Assembly (NCBI GenBank): GCA_021463645.1
Contig: JAJTYI010000005.1
Span: forward strand, 64,680 to 128,679
From: a bacterium
GTDB lineage: Bacteria > Patescibacteriota > Dojkabacteria > B142 > OLB20
Direction of reading: 5' to 3'
DNA: 64,000 bases
In this document: positions 1 through 10,193 of the stretch, in pieces
Layout of the letters: each line of letters begins with the position of its first letter
Numbering within the stretch: the first letter of the stretch is position 1
Program-made: the position numbers and the translations under genes
The notes under the pieces: model-generated
Databases searched by the model: none
Told to the model about the DNA's origin: nothing
The model's input: the letters and a program-made list of their open reading frames with translations, nothing else

Positions 1-3000
1 TACTTTTGGTTCAGAAACAACATTTGTATTTGAAGTAATGTATGACCAATTCCCTCCTGTTGACCAACCTGAATAATCAGTTCCTGAAAATTTTGCCAGA
101 GATAACGTATTTCCAGAATCTCTGTATGCGACCCAAGTGTAACCAGTTAGAGTATCAACAGCAGCACTTGGCTCAAACCCCGAGGTGTCAATATTAAAAT
201 ACGACCACGCGGTTGGATCGGGTGAATTTGCTGCAACACCAATAATTGTATTTACACTTAGATCATAGAATATAATTTCAGGAAGATTAGACTCGTTAAT
301 TAATATGTTTGTATACGACATCTGAGTAGTACCACCAGATGTGACAATACTGATATTGGCGGAGGAATTCCAAGTTCCATCTACTTTGTTATCGTATCTC
401 AATGTTGACTCAAATCCATCCTCCAATTCATATACTACATGTGGCTCGCCTACACCGTTAACAGCAATATTAAGCGCATTATGAACAATTCCACCAACAT
501 TTGTCGATATGATTGTATCTAGACCAGCAAAGCTATCTGTGGCCGTTGAAAAAGTATCATGTTTTAATCCCTGATTTAATCCATTATCATTCCACAATAC
601 ATGAATCGTTGTGCTAGCATTAATAGCAATTGCAGTTTCACTATTGATAGAGCATGATTTGGCACTGCCTGCAATTGACCATAATACTCCGTCTGTGCTT
701 TTCCACATTTCACAACTTTCTGAATCATTTATAAATGAATACAGGATACCAGAGTTGGTGCGTACAGTTTGTGCGTTTCCTTCGCCTAATGCACCAAAAT
801 CACTCGCATCGTCGATGTTCACAGATTCCGGAGCGTATTGGTAGAGTTTTGCAACTTCTTCAGATGTCAACGCTCTGTTATATATTCGAACATCATCAAG
901 ATTGCCTGTAAAATATTCAGTAGAATTTCCTGAACCAAGATACAGATTATTAGCTGATAAGTTAGCAGTTGTAGCCGGAATTGTACCTGTGTATGTCATC
1001 GTCTTTTGGACACCATTAATATATAGTTTGGCTCTATCTTCATTCGTTGAACCACTACCATCGAAAACTACAGTAATATTGGCCCATTCTGAGTTTGACA
1101 CCTCCCCCGATAGCGCAAAATATCCATACGAATTAGAACCATTCCCTACTTCAAAGTATATTCTGGGACCAGATTGATAATAAGGAGCTATGGATATATC
1201 GTTATTACCATCAATAGCCTTATGAAATATTCTGTCTGATGAAAGTATGTTAGTAACGTTCACCCACTGCGAAACACTAAAAGCTGAGGCACTATTTAGT
1301 TCTGTTATATCTCCTGCATTAATATAATCATTATCCCCGGCGAACGATCCCGAACGTCCGAATCCGCTTCCAGCAGTTGTTGCACCACCCGATGAGGTAC
1401 CATCATAATTTGACAAAGTGCTATCTACAACTTCGCCAGTCGTGCCATTCCAACTAGCTTCATTCATCTCCCAGTGAGCTACTAATCCATCTTGAAGCGA
1501 ATTAAAATATTCGGCTTCACCTCCTCCTCCAAGTGTTGGGAGGCAAGACGCCCCAGTGCCGTCCTCCCACATAGTGTCAGAGTCATCCCATCTACACCCT
1601 AATAATTCCGTATCTACAACAAATGTGGCGTACATATCTTCGCTTGAAAGTGCAGTTATTGTTCCATAAACATTAGACGAGGTCTGAGTATTCGAAAGTT
1701 GGTGTGGTGTTGTAGTCCAAGTCCAAGTAGATGGATCTGTTGAAGCTGCTTCTGCAGATACGACGGTTTTGTACACATAGTCACTTCCATCATAATATGT
1801 CGCACCTACCCAAATATGATTTGCCGAATCAAAAGATACGTAAGGTCTAGAATAAGTGCCAGTTTCATCCATAGCGAGAGACACGTCAGTATCCCAAGTT
1901 ACATCTGTCCCACTCAAAGTACCCTGGCGGAGCTTAATACTCCCACCATCTGCTACGGCAACTACCACATACTCAACTGTACTCATCGATATCCACCATA
2001 CGGAAAAGTCGTTTGTGTCATATGGAAGTCGACCACTTGCAGTCGTTGCTGGATTTGTCCAAGTTGAACCCTCATCACTAGAATATTTCACCTCTATCTC
2101 ATCTCCATCATGATTAAAACTCCAATATCTGGAATTTTGATCATCATAGATTACTTTCCTCTGGAAGGATGAGCCAGTTGTATCTTGGTTTGTAGATGTC
2201 CCAATACAGCCGTTTGGAGAAATTGTCCAATTTGCACTATTGTTTCCTGAGTTAACTGAGTTGCCTGCAGTAACGGATTTTGTTGTTAAATTAATATCTT
2301 GTAGATCGACATGCGATACAGAAGCAGTAGCTGAAGTGTCTATCGCCAAAGTTGCCTGGACTCCAGATGTAGAGGTCCTAAAACGCAGCATATTGGAACA
2401 ATCCGTTCCGGTAAGCGTAAACGAACCATTAGCGACAATAGATTTTGAACCAGTTGTTCCTAACTTCACCTCTCTATCACCAGTTGCAATTTCCAGAGTG
2501 TGGAAAGATATGGTCCCGTTCAAACTTTGAGATGTATCTACAGCACTATCGAGAATTACCTTCCCATTGTTATGTGTGAAGGTTCCATTATTAGTGAAAT
2601 TTCCAGTGACACTTAATGGAGAAGCTTGATTAGATGCTGCAGAATATGTTCCTCTAGTTTGTATCCACATATCTCCTGTTACATTTATTAAAGGATCGTA
2701 TGTATCTACATCTAATATTAAGTTAGTGGTACCATTCGGTGTACCCAGAGTGAAGTCATTGAATATATTTAATGTTCCGGTGGGCACGATGAATGTTCTG
2801 GCTGTTGTGGTGAAACTATCGGCTATTATAAGATTATAGTAATCTACTAATGTGATATTTGTATTACTTGCTCCGCTATAACTGTATTTAACGTCATTAT
2901 TACCGCTTGTAAAAGTACCATTAACAACAAAAGGAGTTCCGCTTCCCATTAGTTCAGTAGAATTACCTGGACTATAATTACCGTTTTCGATAAGAAAAAT

Positions 3001-6000
3001 GTTGGAAATTCTTAAAATGTCACTTGTAGTAAATGTTGTCCCAGCTTGGTCAAGCGTCAGATTATAATAAGACGTTGAATAATTCGACTGAATTTCTGTA
3101 GTAGAAGTCCCAGAGTAAATTATTGTAGAGTTTCCAATAGTAATTATTCCATCTTTTATTAGTGGCCTACTGCCTCCTGTCCCCGATCCTGTGATTTTAA
3201 GTGTATATCCAGACGATTGGAGATCTAGAGTATCACCCACAGTTACATTCATGCTTTCGACTGTAATTGAAGTACCTAAATCAACCTCTTTCGGACCATC
3301 AATAGCAATTTTGCCTAGATCTTGTTTGGTAGAATTGTTGTCGGTCAGTGTTACTGGAGTTACGGCACCATTAAACGTCATAGTGGCAGTATCCGATTTC
3401 GTCCATGTTGAATTATTATTCAAAGTAAAATTTCCACCAACATTTATCGTTGGGTCCTGTGACGTCCAGTCAATTGTTACTGGATTCGTGCCATCACCAA
3501 TTGTGAGATTCCGAGTGGATAATGTCCCAGAATTTAATACATATGTTGGTCCACCGGCACTTGATGGTTGCAGATTTAAATGATAATAAGTTTCAGCTGT
3601 AACCGTGGTATAAGATGAAGATGTATATTTAAATGTGGAAGTATTCTCGTTTAGTGTACCCCCCGTGGTCAAAAGAGCAGTATTCCCTCCCGTAAGTGTT
3701 ATAGTATTTCCATCAGCAGTAAAAGTTCCTGTAATGCGAAGTGCTTTTGTTGTAACATTACCTGAGCTTACCGAATCAGGTCTATATGTATTTCCACTTT
3801 TTATATATATTTCAGCTGAGCTTTTGCTAGTATCATTAAGAGTCAAATCGTTTGAAGCATCAACATCGTAAAATATATCTTCGTCTGCAGAGATACTGTT
3901 ATCGTACTGACTTAGGTTAGCATTTGTTATTGTTCTATTGTCAGAATTTCCAATAGAGAGTCTTTGTTCTATCAGCTCTACTCCAGCGACATTCCCACTT
4001 CCATCATATGTGGTCACAGCAACCGCTTCGTCAGCCTCTCCAGCTCCATCAATAAATACAGTTATCACATCACCATTATTTGGGCTTGTTAATCCTGAAA
4101 TTGTCCAAGTTCCCGCAACAGTGTTTTGAACTTGTGCTTGTATAGAACCATTAATAGCTACCTTTATCGTCCCTGTATCTGTACAATTTGTTGTTTGGTC
4201 ATCTTGTTTACATGTTCCCGAAATATCTATCGCTGGGCTCGCGACATTTACCGTTGGATGTGATGAAATATTTGTCAAGGTCCCCCCAGCATCAAATCTA
4301 GTCCTTGTAGTGAATTCATCAATACCACTAGTGCTAGGCACATCTGCACCACCTGTTCCACCTCCGGCACCGTAAGTCACAGTAACCGTATCCCTTGATG
4401 CAAGATCTAAAAATCTTGCACGTATATCCACATCAGGGCCATTTGCCACAAACGTGGGACTTCCAGGTCCTACCATCACCTCATCAAGCCAAAATGTATT
4501 ATTGTCACAACCAGTAGTATCACATATCAGACCGAAAGCTGTGATTCCTGTTCGTGTGCCCGTCATATCAAAAACGAAATAAGTCCAAGTATTTGCAGAT
4601 ACAGTACCTGTATCGAATATCGCTACTGGAGAACCAAATATTGCATTATTATCGTAGCCGAAGTCAATTCCGGCAGCGCTAGTCAGTGCTTTAGTTGATC
4701 TCAACCAGAAAGATATCTGAGTATAGCTACTCCAATTTTGTGCTGTTGCATCAAATGAAAAAGTATCAGTATCGTCAGGCAGTGCTGAGCTCGAGTTATC
4801 ACACTGTATTGCACCAGCACCTTCCTTTTTTGTAGTTGTATCCACAAAAGGACTAGCGGTTGTGTTGCACATATCGGAATCATCCTCTGTTAATGTCCAA
4901 ACACCCTGGGAAGTACTGTCTCCCGATACAAGTACATCCCCAATAGTCGTATTGCCTGATCCTGAAACAGTAGTGTATCCTGCAGTTCCTGCACTACCTT
5001 GTGGTGTCGACCAACCCCTACTTGTGGGAACTTTTATTGCCAACTCGCCAGAATTAAGAATTTCAGATGGATCGTAAGTGAAAGTAAATGTCTGATCTGT
5101 TGAACCCATCAAAACACCTGTTGGAACGACAACATTTGTTCCGCTTCCGTCTGCATCACTTGCTATTTGCCACATTCTGACCTCTTGATAATCACCTATT
5201 GACAGGGGACCTGTCAGGTAGAGAAACGGACTTATATCTGGGGCATCAAAAAAGTAAGAGTATGTAGTGTTTTCTCCTTTTTTGAGATCCACATCCCAAG
5301 TTATTGTTTGCCATGTTTCTTCGCTTGTTGTTTCAAACCCTTTTATTAAAAACCCTTTTGGCACTCTTTCAGTGATTTTACCAATGAAATCCTGATTCGC
5401 AATCACTGTGATTTCCATTGGATATGCTACGAATGGATATATTCTACTTGGACCTTTTCTCTCGATTGAGTATGGGACTTCTGCCTGAACCTCATAGAAA
5501 TCCTCTATCTGATAACCGTTATCTTTGTTTACCAAAGTCATCTTGTGTTTTCCGACCTCATCTGCCTTGTGTGTAGCCAAATAGTCTGGGACATTTGTTA
5601 CATTATCTCTTTCACAAAAACCACTTTGTTTCACCTCAGGGTTTGACTCTTTTCCTGATGGACTAGTAATTTTTAATTCTAAATCCGCATCACAAATCGT
5701 ATGGCCATCATATTTCAAAGCACCCATATTTAGTGTGATTTCTTCACCAGGAATAAATGTCGCTTTATTCGTGTTTACGGAAAGAACTCCATAGGTAAAA
5801 TCTTTCTCCTGCTGGTAATACACTCCATCTTTGTAAACTTCAAGAAGTGCCTCGTATGCTCCAGGAGGGATTTTGTTTTGCGCAATCCTGACCGAGAAGG
5901 ATTTTTCACCTTCTCGGTCAACTATGAACTCTGGATTGTGCTTTTTGCCGTCGTGATCCGTGAGTACCAATTGAGGTTGATTCTCATCCGAAGCGAAGGC

Positions 6001-6699
6001 TGGATGGATAATGTATTTCAAAATTTTTGTTTTTGTAGTTAGTTCGTAATCATATTCAAAAACCAAGTCTGTATCAGCAGTGGCATTGATATTTACGGCT
6101 TTTTCATCTCCTGGAACTTTTTGGGTGATTTTGATTTTGTCCAGTTGGTCTTCGACTATGACAGCTCCGAATAAGAAAAATACGAGGATTAGGAACTTGT
6201 TGAATTTTGGAGAATGAATTGTTTTATCAATTAATTGATAAGCAGTTTTTACGTATTCCGCTAACAAAGAGTGACCTTTTTTGATGTTTTGGTTTAATTC
6301 GTTTAACTTCGGAAGAATATTATTTGTATTAAACGTTTTTAAACTATTAAGACTTAATCCTGGATTTATTTTTTCCTTGATTAAATTCAAGTTATTAAGT
6401 CCGGATTTAAACTTTATACTTCGTTTTATTAGGAATCCCTTAATTTCTAAACTTCTAAATTTCTTAATTATTTCACTTTCTTTAGACTTTGCTTTAAATT
6501 GGATTTTTAATTTCCTTAATCTGCGCTTCAAATTGATGATTTTATCAATATGTTCTTGTTCGAACTTCGCTCGGAAAGTCTTGTAACGACCAAACAAGCT
6601 TTTACTGAATACTTTAGTAGTACTGAACAGAAACTTTGTATAAATTGGGAGGTTTTTTGTGAGGAGTTTCTTGCCAACAAGAAAAAGGGTTTGGGCCAT
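1..6699 (-). CDS. Giant membrane-anchored surface protein (at least 2233 aa; C-terminus lies beyond the window edge) with BNR/Asp-box-like and LamG lectin-like regions
   Basis: Absent from the ORF track because it has no stop inside the window. My reverse-complement translation starts at the ATG complementary to 6697-6699 and stays open to position 1 (6699 = 3 x 2233). It begins MAQTLFLVGKK, followed by a Lys-rich tail and one hydrophobic segment FNKFLILVFFLFGAVIV (~6160-6210). A long T/N/G-rich beta-type sequence follows, then an Asp-box YSSDEGSTW (~2058-2087) and a LamG-type block ending NLDDVRIYNRALTSEEVAKLY (~845-1500). Confidence 0.85.
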   Translation of the reverse strand, partial: MAQTLFLVGKKLLTKNLPIYTKFLFSTTKVFSKSLFGRYKTFRAKFEQEHIDKIINLKRRLRKLKIQFKAKSKESEIIKKFRSLEIKGFLIKRSIKFKSGLNNLNLIKEKINPGLSLNSLKTFNTNNILPKLNELNQNIKKGHSLLAEYVKTAYQLIDKTIHSPKFNKFLILVFFLFGAVIVEDQLDKIKITQKVPGDEKAVNINATADTDLVFEYDYELTTKTKILKYIIHPAFASDENQPQLVLTDHDGKKHNPEFIVDREGEKSFSVRIAQNKIPPGAYEALLEVYKDGVYYQQEKDFTYGVLSVNTNKATFIPGEEITLNMGALKYDGHTICDADLELKITSPSGKESNPEVKQSGFCERDNVTNVPDYLATHKADEVGKHKMTLVNKDNGYQIEDFYEVQAEVPYSIERKGPSRIYPFVAYPMEITVIANQDFIGKITERVPKGFLIKGFETTSEETWQTITWDVDLKKGENTTYSYFFDAPDISPFLYLTGPLSIGDYQEVRMWQIASDADGSGTNVVVPTGVLMGSTDQTFTFTYDPSEILNSGELAIKVPTSRGWSTPQGSAGTAGYTTVSGSGNTTIGDVLVSGDSTSQGVWTLTEDDSDMCNTTASPFVDTTTKKEGAGAIQCDNSSSALPDDTDTFSFDATAQNWSSYTQISFWLRSTKALTSAAGIDFGYDNNAIFGSPVAIFDTGTVSANTWTYFVFDMTGTRTGITAFGLICDTTGCDNNTFWLDEVMVGPGSPTFVANGPDVDIRARFLDLASRDTVTVTYGAGGGTGGADVPSTSGIDEFTTRTRFDAGGTLTNISSHPTVNVASPAIDISGTCKQDDQTTNCTDTGTIKVAINGSIQAQVQNTVAGTWTISGLTSPNNGDVITVFIDGAGEADEAVAVTTYDGSGNVAGVELIEQRLSIGNSDNRTITNANLSQYDNSISADEDIFYDVDASNDLTLNDTSKSSAEIYIKSGNTYRPDSVSSGNVTTKALRITGTFTADGNTITLTGGNTALLTTGGTLNENTSTFKYTSSSYTTVTAETYYHLNLQPSSAGGPTYVLNSGTLSTRNLTIGDGTNPVTIDWTSQDPTINVGGNFTLNNNSTWTKSDTATMTFNGAVTPVTLTDNNSTKQDLGKIAIDGPKEVDLGTSITVESMNVTVGDTLDLQSSGYTLKITGSGTGGSRPLIKDGIITIGNSTIIYSGTSTTEIQSNYSTSYYNLTLDQAGTTFTTSDILRISNIFLIENGNYSPGNSTELMGSGTPFVVNGTFTSGNNDVKYSYSGASNTNITLVDYYNLIIADSFTTTARTFIVPTGTLNIFNDFTLGTPNGTTNLILDVDTYDPLINVTGDMWIQTRGTYSAASNQASPLSVTGNFTNNGTFTHNNGKVILDSAVDTSQSLNGTISFHTLEIATGDREVKLGTTGSKSIVANGSFTLTGTDCSNMLRFRTSTSGVQATLAIDTSATASVSHVDLQDINLTTKSVTAGNSVNSGNNSANWTISPNGCIGTSTNQDTTGSSFQRKVIYDDQNSRYWSFNHDGDEIEVKYSSDEGSTWTNPATTASGRLPYDTNDFSVWWISMSTVEYVVVAVADGGSIKLRQGTLSGTDVTWDTDVSLAMDETGTYSRPYVSFDSANHIWVGATYYDGSDYVYKTVVSAEAASTDPSTWTWTTTPHQLSNTQTSSNVYGTITALSSEDMYATFVVDTELLGCRWDDSDTMWEDGTGASCLPTLGGGGEAEYFNSLQDGLVAHWEMNEASWNGTTGEVVDSTLSNYDGTSSGGATTAGSGFGRSGSFAGDNDYINAGDITELNSASAFSVSQWVNVTNILSSDRIFHKAIDGNNDISIAPYYQSGPRIYFEVGNGSNSYGYFALSGEVSNSEWANITVVFDGSGSTNEDRAKLYINGVQKTMTYTGTIPATTANLSANNLYLGSGNSTEYFTGNLDDVRIYNRALTSEEVAKLYQYAPESVNIDDASDFGALGEGNAQTVRTNSGILYSFINDSESCEMWKSTDGVLWSIAGSAKSCSINSETAIAINASTTIHVLWNDNGLNQGLKHDTFSTATDSFAGLDTIISTNVGGIVHNALNIAVNGVGEPHVVYELEDGFESTLRYDNKVDGTWNSSANISIVTSGGTTQMSYTNILINESNLPEIIFYDLSVNTIIGVAANSPDPTAWSYFNIDTSGFEPSAAVDTLTGYTWVAYRDSGNTLSLAKFSGTDYSGWSTGGNWSYITSNTNVVSEPKV

Positions 6700-6822
6700 T
6701 GAAAGCAACCTACGACAGTATATACGAATGTTTCGCTTTATTAAACGAATATGCAATTTTATTAGATGAAAATCAACCTCAATATTAGTCTAGAGAAATT
6801 TGAGGGACATGTCTACTGGATA

Positions 6823-7097
6823 TCTTGGGCATGTGTCATTCCTGCGAAGGAATGTCCCCCTAAACAATCAGGGGCTGGAATTTACTCTCCCATGATTGTC
6901 TTGGGTATATGTCATTCCTGCGAAGGCAGGAATCCATTCTCATTATTTGTTAACTCCTGGATAGACTCCTGCCTTCGCAGGAGTGACAATGTAGAAGGCA
7001 GGAGTGATTGTGAAGTAACGTTTTAAGCACGGAATGACCTCTGGGATTCGTCACTCCGCGGCTTGCCTGCCCTGCCGAAAGGGAGGGACCGCGGAGT
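6823..7097. repeat. Cluster of GC-rich palindromic (REP-like) units
   Basis: GTCATTCCTGCGAAGG lies at 6835-6850. The full palindrome GTCATTCCTGCGAAGGCAGGAATCC is at 6911-6935, and an inverted copy GACTCCTGCCTTCGCAGGAGTGAC at 6964-6987. A long hairpin CTCCGCGG(7054-7061)...CCGCGGAG(7089-7096) follows. The flank TCTTGGG[CT]AT[GA]TGTCATTCCTGCGAAGG is directly repeated. GC content is clearly above the surrounding DNA. Confidence 0.8.
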
Positions 7098-7103
7098 CTC
7101 GTT

Positions 7104-7769
7104 TTAATTCCGAATCTCCACCCCACCAAACATTGCAGTACCTGTTAGTACTAATTTGCCTACTGGGGTGCTACTGGTTTCGGTTTTATCCTCTACTCCA
7201 CCTAGAATTGCAGTAATATTACTAATTACCTCAATATTTTCGGGAACTCGAAGTTCAACCCCTCCAAAAATCACACTAATATTCATCTCAGCACCATTTT
7301 TATCGATTTTTGCTTTGCTTAAATCGTATTCAACTCCTCCGAATAGACAATTGATATTTCCACCTTCAAAATTTTCACTAGAGATTTTCTTTTCACTACC
7401 CCAGAAGACTGCACTTGCATCAACATTTCTGCCTGATTCTTTGACTTTATTTCCGCCGAAAAGGTTACCTCTAAACAACACCAACAACCCTGCTCCTATT
7501 ATGAATAATGGCCAAATCATTGCCCACACATTCCAACTAAGCAAAGTCGATAAAAGAAAGATTGCACCTAGAACAGTAAAAACCATCCCACCAGTTCGAT
7601 TACCTTGTGTGTAAAACGAAACTCCCATCACGATTAAGAATAACGGCCACAAATTATTAAAAAACCAACCAACATTTAAATATCCTCCTAGTCCTGTTTG
7701 GTCAAATAGTAAGCCCACTCCTAGTAAAACAATGAACGAACCAATTATTAGTCTTGTTTGATCTCTCAT
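7104..7769 (-). CDS. LiaF-like membrane protein (N-terminal TM helices plus C-terminal toastrack-type beta repeat domain)
   Basis: The 221-aa ORF has about four hydrophobic helices at the N-terminus. The C-terminal half carries repeated FGGVE[YLI] strands (LFGGVEYDLSKAKI, VIFGGVELRVPENI, AILGGVEDK, AMFGGVEIRN), as in the LiaF/YvqF cell-wall stress family. Confidence 0.6.
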   Translation of the reverse strand: MRDQTRLIIGSFIVLLGVGLLFDQTGLGGYLNVGWFFNNLWPLFLIVMGVSFYTQGNRTGGMVFTVLGAIFLLSTLLSWNVWAMIWPLFIIGAGLLVLFRGNLFGGNKVKESGRNVDASAVFWGSEKKISSENFEGGNINCLFGGVEYDLSKAKIDKNGAEMNISVIFGGVELRVPENIEVISNITAILGGVEDKTETSSTPVGKLVLTGTAMFGGVEIRN

Positions 7770-7792
7770 TTGAATTATTTAAAATTTAATAA

Positions 7793-8836
7793 TTAATAAT
7801 ATCTAATTTCGAATTTTCCAACTCCGACATTTACATCAAGTTCGAGTCGGACGTCTGCATCTTCAAAATCATCGGAAATAATTTCTCCTTCTTTTCCTAA
7901 ACCTGACACAGTATTATCAAAAATCTTTGCCTCTCCTACCCCAACCTCGTATTTGATTTTGTACTCTGTTCCTCTTGGCACATAGATTGTTAACTCGCCA
8001 GTTCCTACTTTTACATTAGTTGGAATTTTAGGTAATGAATCTTCCCCGAGTTTAACCTCGAGTTTTCCAGCTCCAACTTCTAAATTCATTTCTTCGAGAC
8101 CCAATTTGGTCAAATTCACCTCTCCTTCACCCGCACCAAGATTTAAATCGAGTTTTTCTACAGGTTTTAAATCTGGAAGTTGTAGATTATACTCGGGACC
8201 TCTACTTTTAAAACCCCATATCTCGAAATCCTCTTTTTGTGAAAGATCTACCTTAAATGTTCGACCATCGATACCAGAACGGTAATCAGGTTCACCCATA
8301 TTTTCAAAATATTTTGAGTTGAATACTACACTGTTACTAGCAGAGTCATCTCTGAGAACAAACTTTCCAATACCGAGGTTCAAATCTAGATCTATTCCGT
8401 CAACTTCTTCAGACACGAGTTCAAAAGAATCTTCAGAAGATTTCAGATCGCCTGGATCTTTAAGCAGTACATTGTTGACCCTTTCTCTCCAAGCAGGTCT
8501 GACAACATCGTTGCCTTTTATGGTTAAACCCGTTGAAATTATTGCAAAAATAGCTATTACTGTGTAAATAACAAGGGCGATAACACCAATAGAAATCGCT
8601 CCAAATTTTGTTTTACCTAAAATTACCTGAACACCTGCAATGATTATAAAGACAGGCCAGAACCTCAACAAAAGTAACCAAACAGACCAAGAAAGTGCTC
8701 CAGTAGTATTTAATAGGAAGATTGTCCCAATTATAATTAAAAAAACCGCTCCAGAATATTTATCCGCATCAGAATTGCGTTTAACTTCTTTAACTTTGGG
8801 AGTTTTAACTTTGACCACATTTTCTTCGGTCGCCAT
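7793..8836 (-). CDS. Membrane protein with a toastrack-like repetitive beta domain
   Basis: The 347-aa ORF has N-terminal TM helices (FLIIIGTIFLL, WLLLLRFWPVFIIIAGV, ISIGVIALVIY). Strand motifs of the G-x-G-K/E type then recur: LNLGIGKFVL, LNLGAGEGEVNL, LEVGAGKLEVKL, VKVGTGELTIYVP, VGVGEAKIF, VNVGVGKFEIRY. Confidence 0.5.
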   Translation of the reverse strand: MATEENVVKVKTPKVKEVKRNSDADKYSGAVFLIIIGTIFLLNTTGALSWSVWLLLLRFWPVFIIIAGVQVILGKTKFGAISIGVIALVIYTVIAIFAIISTGLTIKGNDVVRPAWRERVNNVLLKDPGDLKSSEDSFELVSEEVDGIDLDLNLGIGKFVLRDDSASNSVVFNSKYFENMGEPDYRSGIDGRTFKVDLSQKEDFEIWGFKSRGPEYNLQLPDLKPVEKLDLNLGAGEGEVNLTKLGLEEMNLEVGAGKLEVKLGEDSLPKIPTNVKVGTGELTIYVPRGTEYKIKYEVGVGEAKIFDNTVSGLGKEGEIISDDFEDADVRLELDVNVGVGKFEIRYY

Positions 8837-9171
8837 TTTTTAAAAATAACAAATTAAATACGTCATTTTAACCACTATAATAGCATTATCGGGTTATTTG
8901 GATATTAGCATGAGCGATTTGGAACGTCAATATCCGCAAATATCTTATAGGTTATATTCAATTTTTACCTGCAGAAAGCCCGAGATTTCTATTTGCTTAC
9001 TAAGATCAACACGTTGCAGACTCACGACAAGATGATTCTAAGCAATTTCGAGAATTTATCGAGGATAAGGGCATTAATTTGATGAAGTTGTACGTTGTTA
9101 TTAAATTATTATCTTCAGGAGTACCTTCCATGTTCGAAATAGTTTTCTACTTTTAGATAAGGGTTACAAAT

Positions 9172-9876
9172 TCAATTCACTTGTTTCATTTTGTTTTTCA
9201 TATCTACCTCCCATAACAACCTATGGGAGTCATAGATGTATGCAAATATCCCAACAGCGCATGTAATCACCGCGATCATCAGTAAAAATTGTGCGAAAAA
9301 CATTCCAGTAGCAAAAAATACAATGTTAATTATTACTAAAAGTAACCTAATCTCTGTAGCAGAAATGCCTTGAGTACTTATATTGAATTGTTTTATTGTT
9401 ATCGCCCTCATTAATACTGCTTGGAACATGAAAGATATCAAAATGACAATTACCGCTACATACAGATCAAGGGATTTGGGAAAGATAATAAAATAACCAA
9501 TTCCTAATGAATATAAGAATACATAATCCAGAAAATGATCCATAAAGAATCCCCAAAGCACTAATCCGGTATTCCTTGCTCTGCCTACAGCTCCATCTAG
9601 AAGATCCGTTAGGTACTGAAGTATGACTATAGAAGCTATTAGGAAATACACCCATCTAGAATCGCTTAAAACATATGATACAAAGATAGCCAAAAGACTC
9701 CAAATTATTGTTAACAAAGTTAAATGATAAGTTTGAAGAAATTTTGGAACAGCAGGCAATAATTTATCTACTAACATTTTGTCTAATGGATACAACAGAT
9801 GATTAGTTTTCGACTTCTTCAAGTACTCTGTACTGCTCATAAGAGGATTTATAATATTATAAATAAGATATATCAA
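9172..9876 (-). CDS. CDP-alcohol phosphatidyltransferase family membrane protein
   Basis: DLLDGAVGRARNTG...FFMDHFLDYV resembles the D-x2-DG-x2-AR...D-x3-D signature, and the protein is multi-pass hydrophobic. The real start may be the internal Met at 9840 (MSSTEYLKK). Confidence 0.65.
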   Translation of the reverse strand: MIYLIYNIINPLMSSTEYLKKSKTNHLLYPLDKMLVDKLLPAVPKFLQTYHLTLLTIIWSLLAIFVSYVLSDSRWVYFLIASIVILQYLTDLLDGAVGRARNTGLVLWGFFMDHFLDYVFLYSLGIGYFIIFPKSLDLYVAVIVILISFMFQAVLMRAITIKQFNISTQGISATEIRLLLVIINIVFFATGMFFAQFLLMIAVITCAVGIFAYIYDSHRLLWEVDMKNKMKQVN

Positions 9877-10193
9877 ATTAACTAGTTATTATTAACCAAC
9901 ATCAAATCTTCCGTCATATTATCTGTACCTTCCTAGAATAGGCCTACACAAAGAAGTGATTGAATACTATCGCAATAGAATTCTCACTCTTTATTAATTA
10001 TTATACAAAATAATTTTAATCCTACTTAATCTTAATGTTATTAATGATTTGAACAGTTCATCATAATTAACAGATGGATTTAATTGATCGGGATCAAATT
10101 GAATATCCTAGCTCATTTAAGTTAGTATACTATGATTGATTGTATGCAATTCTGTAAAACACATACAACTTTATCTTAAGACGAACACAAAAT

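Noticed and set aside
611-6586. About fifteen short plus-strand ORFs (60-130 aa) from the ORF track
   Set aside because: All lie antisense to the continuous 2233-codon minus-strand frame. They have low-complexity, shadow-like compositions and no recognisable motifs.
1-6699. Idea that the missing long ORF in the first 6.7 kb signals an alternative genetic code (for example TGA recoding)
   Set aside because: The minus strand is fully open under the standard code. The ORF was omitted only because it lacks a stop inside the window. Recognised genes elsewhere, such as valS, end on TGA.
6823-7097. Possible CRISPR array
   Set aside because: The repeats are palindromic, occur in both orientations, vary in length and are irregularly spaced. 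No cas genes are present in the window.
6766-7216. ORFs 6766-7026 and 7034-7216 (peptides such as CVIPAKE..., CHSCEGRNP...)
   Set aside because: They are read through GC-rich palindromic repeats and partly overlap the LiaF-like gene antisense. This is a typical artefact of translating REP-like elements.
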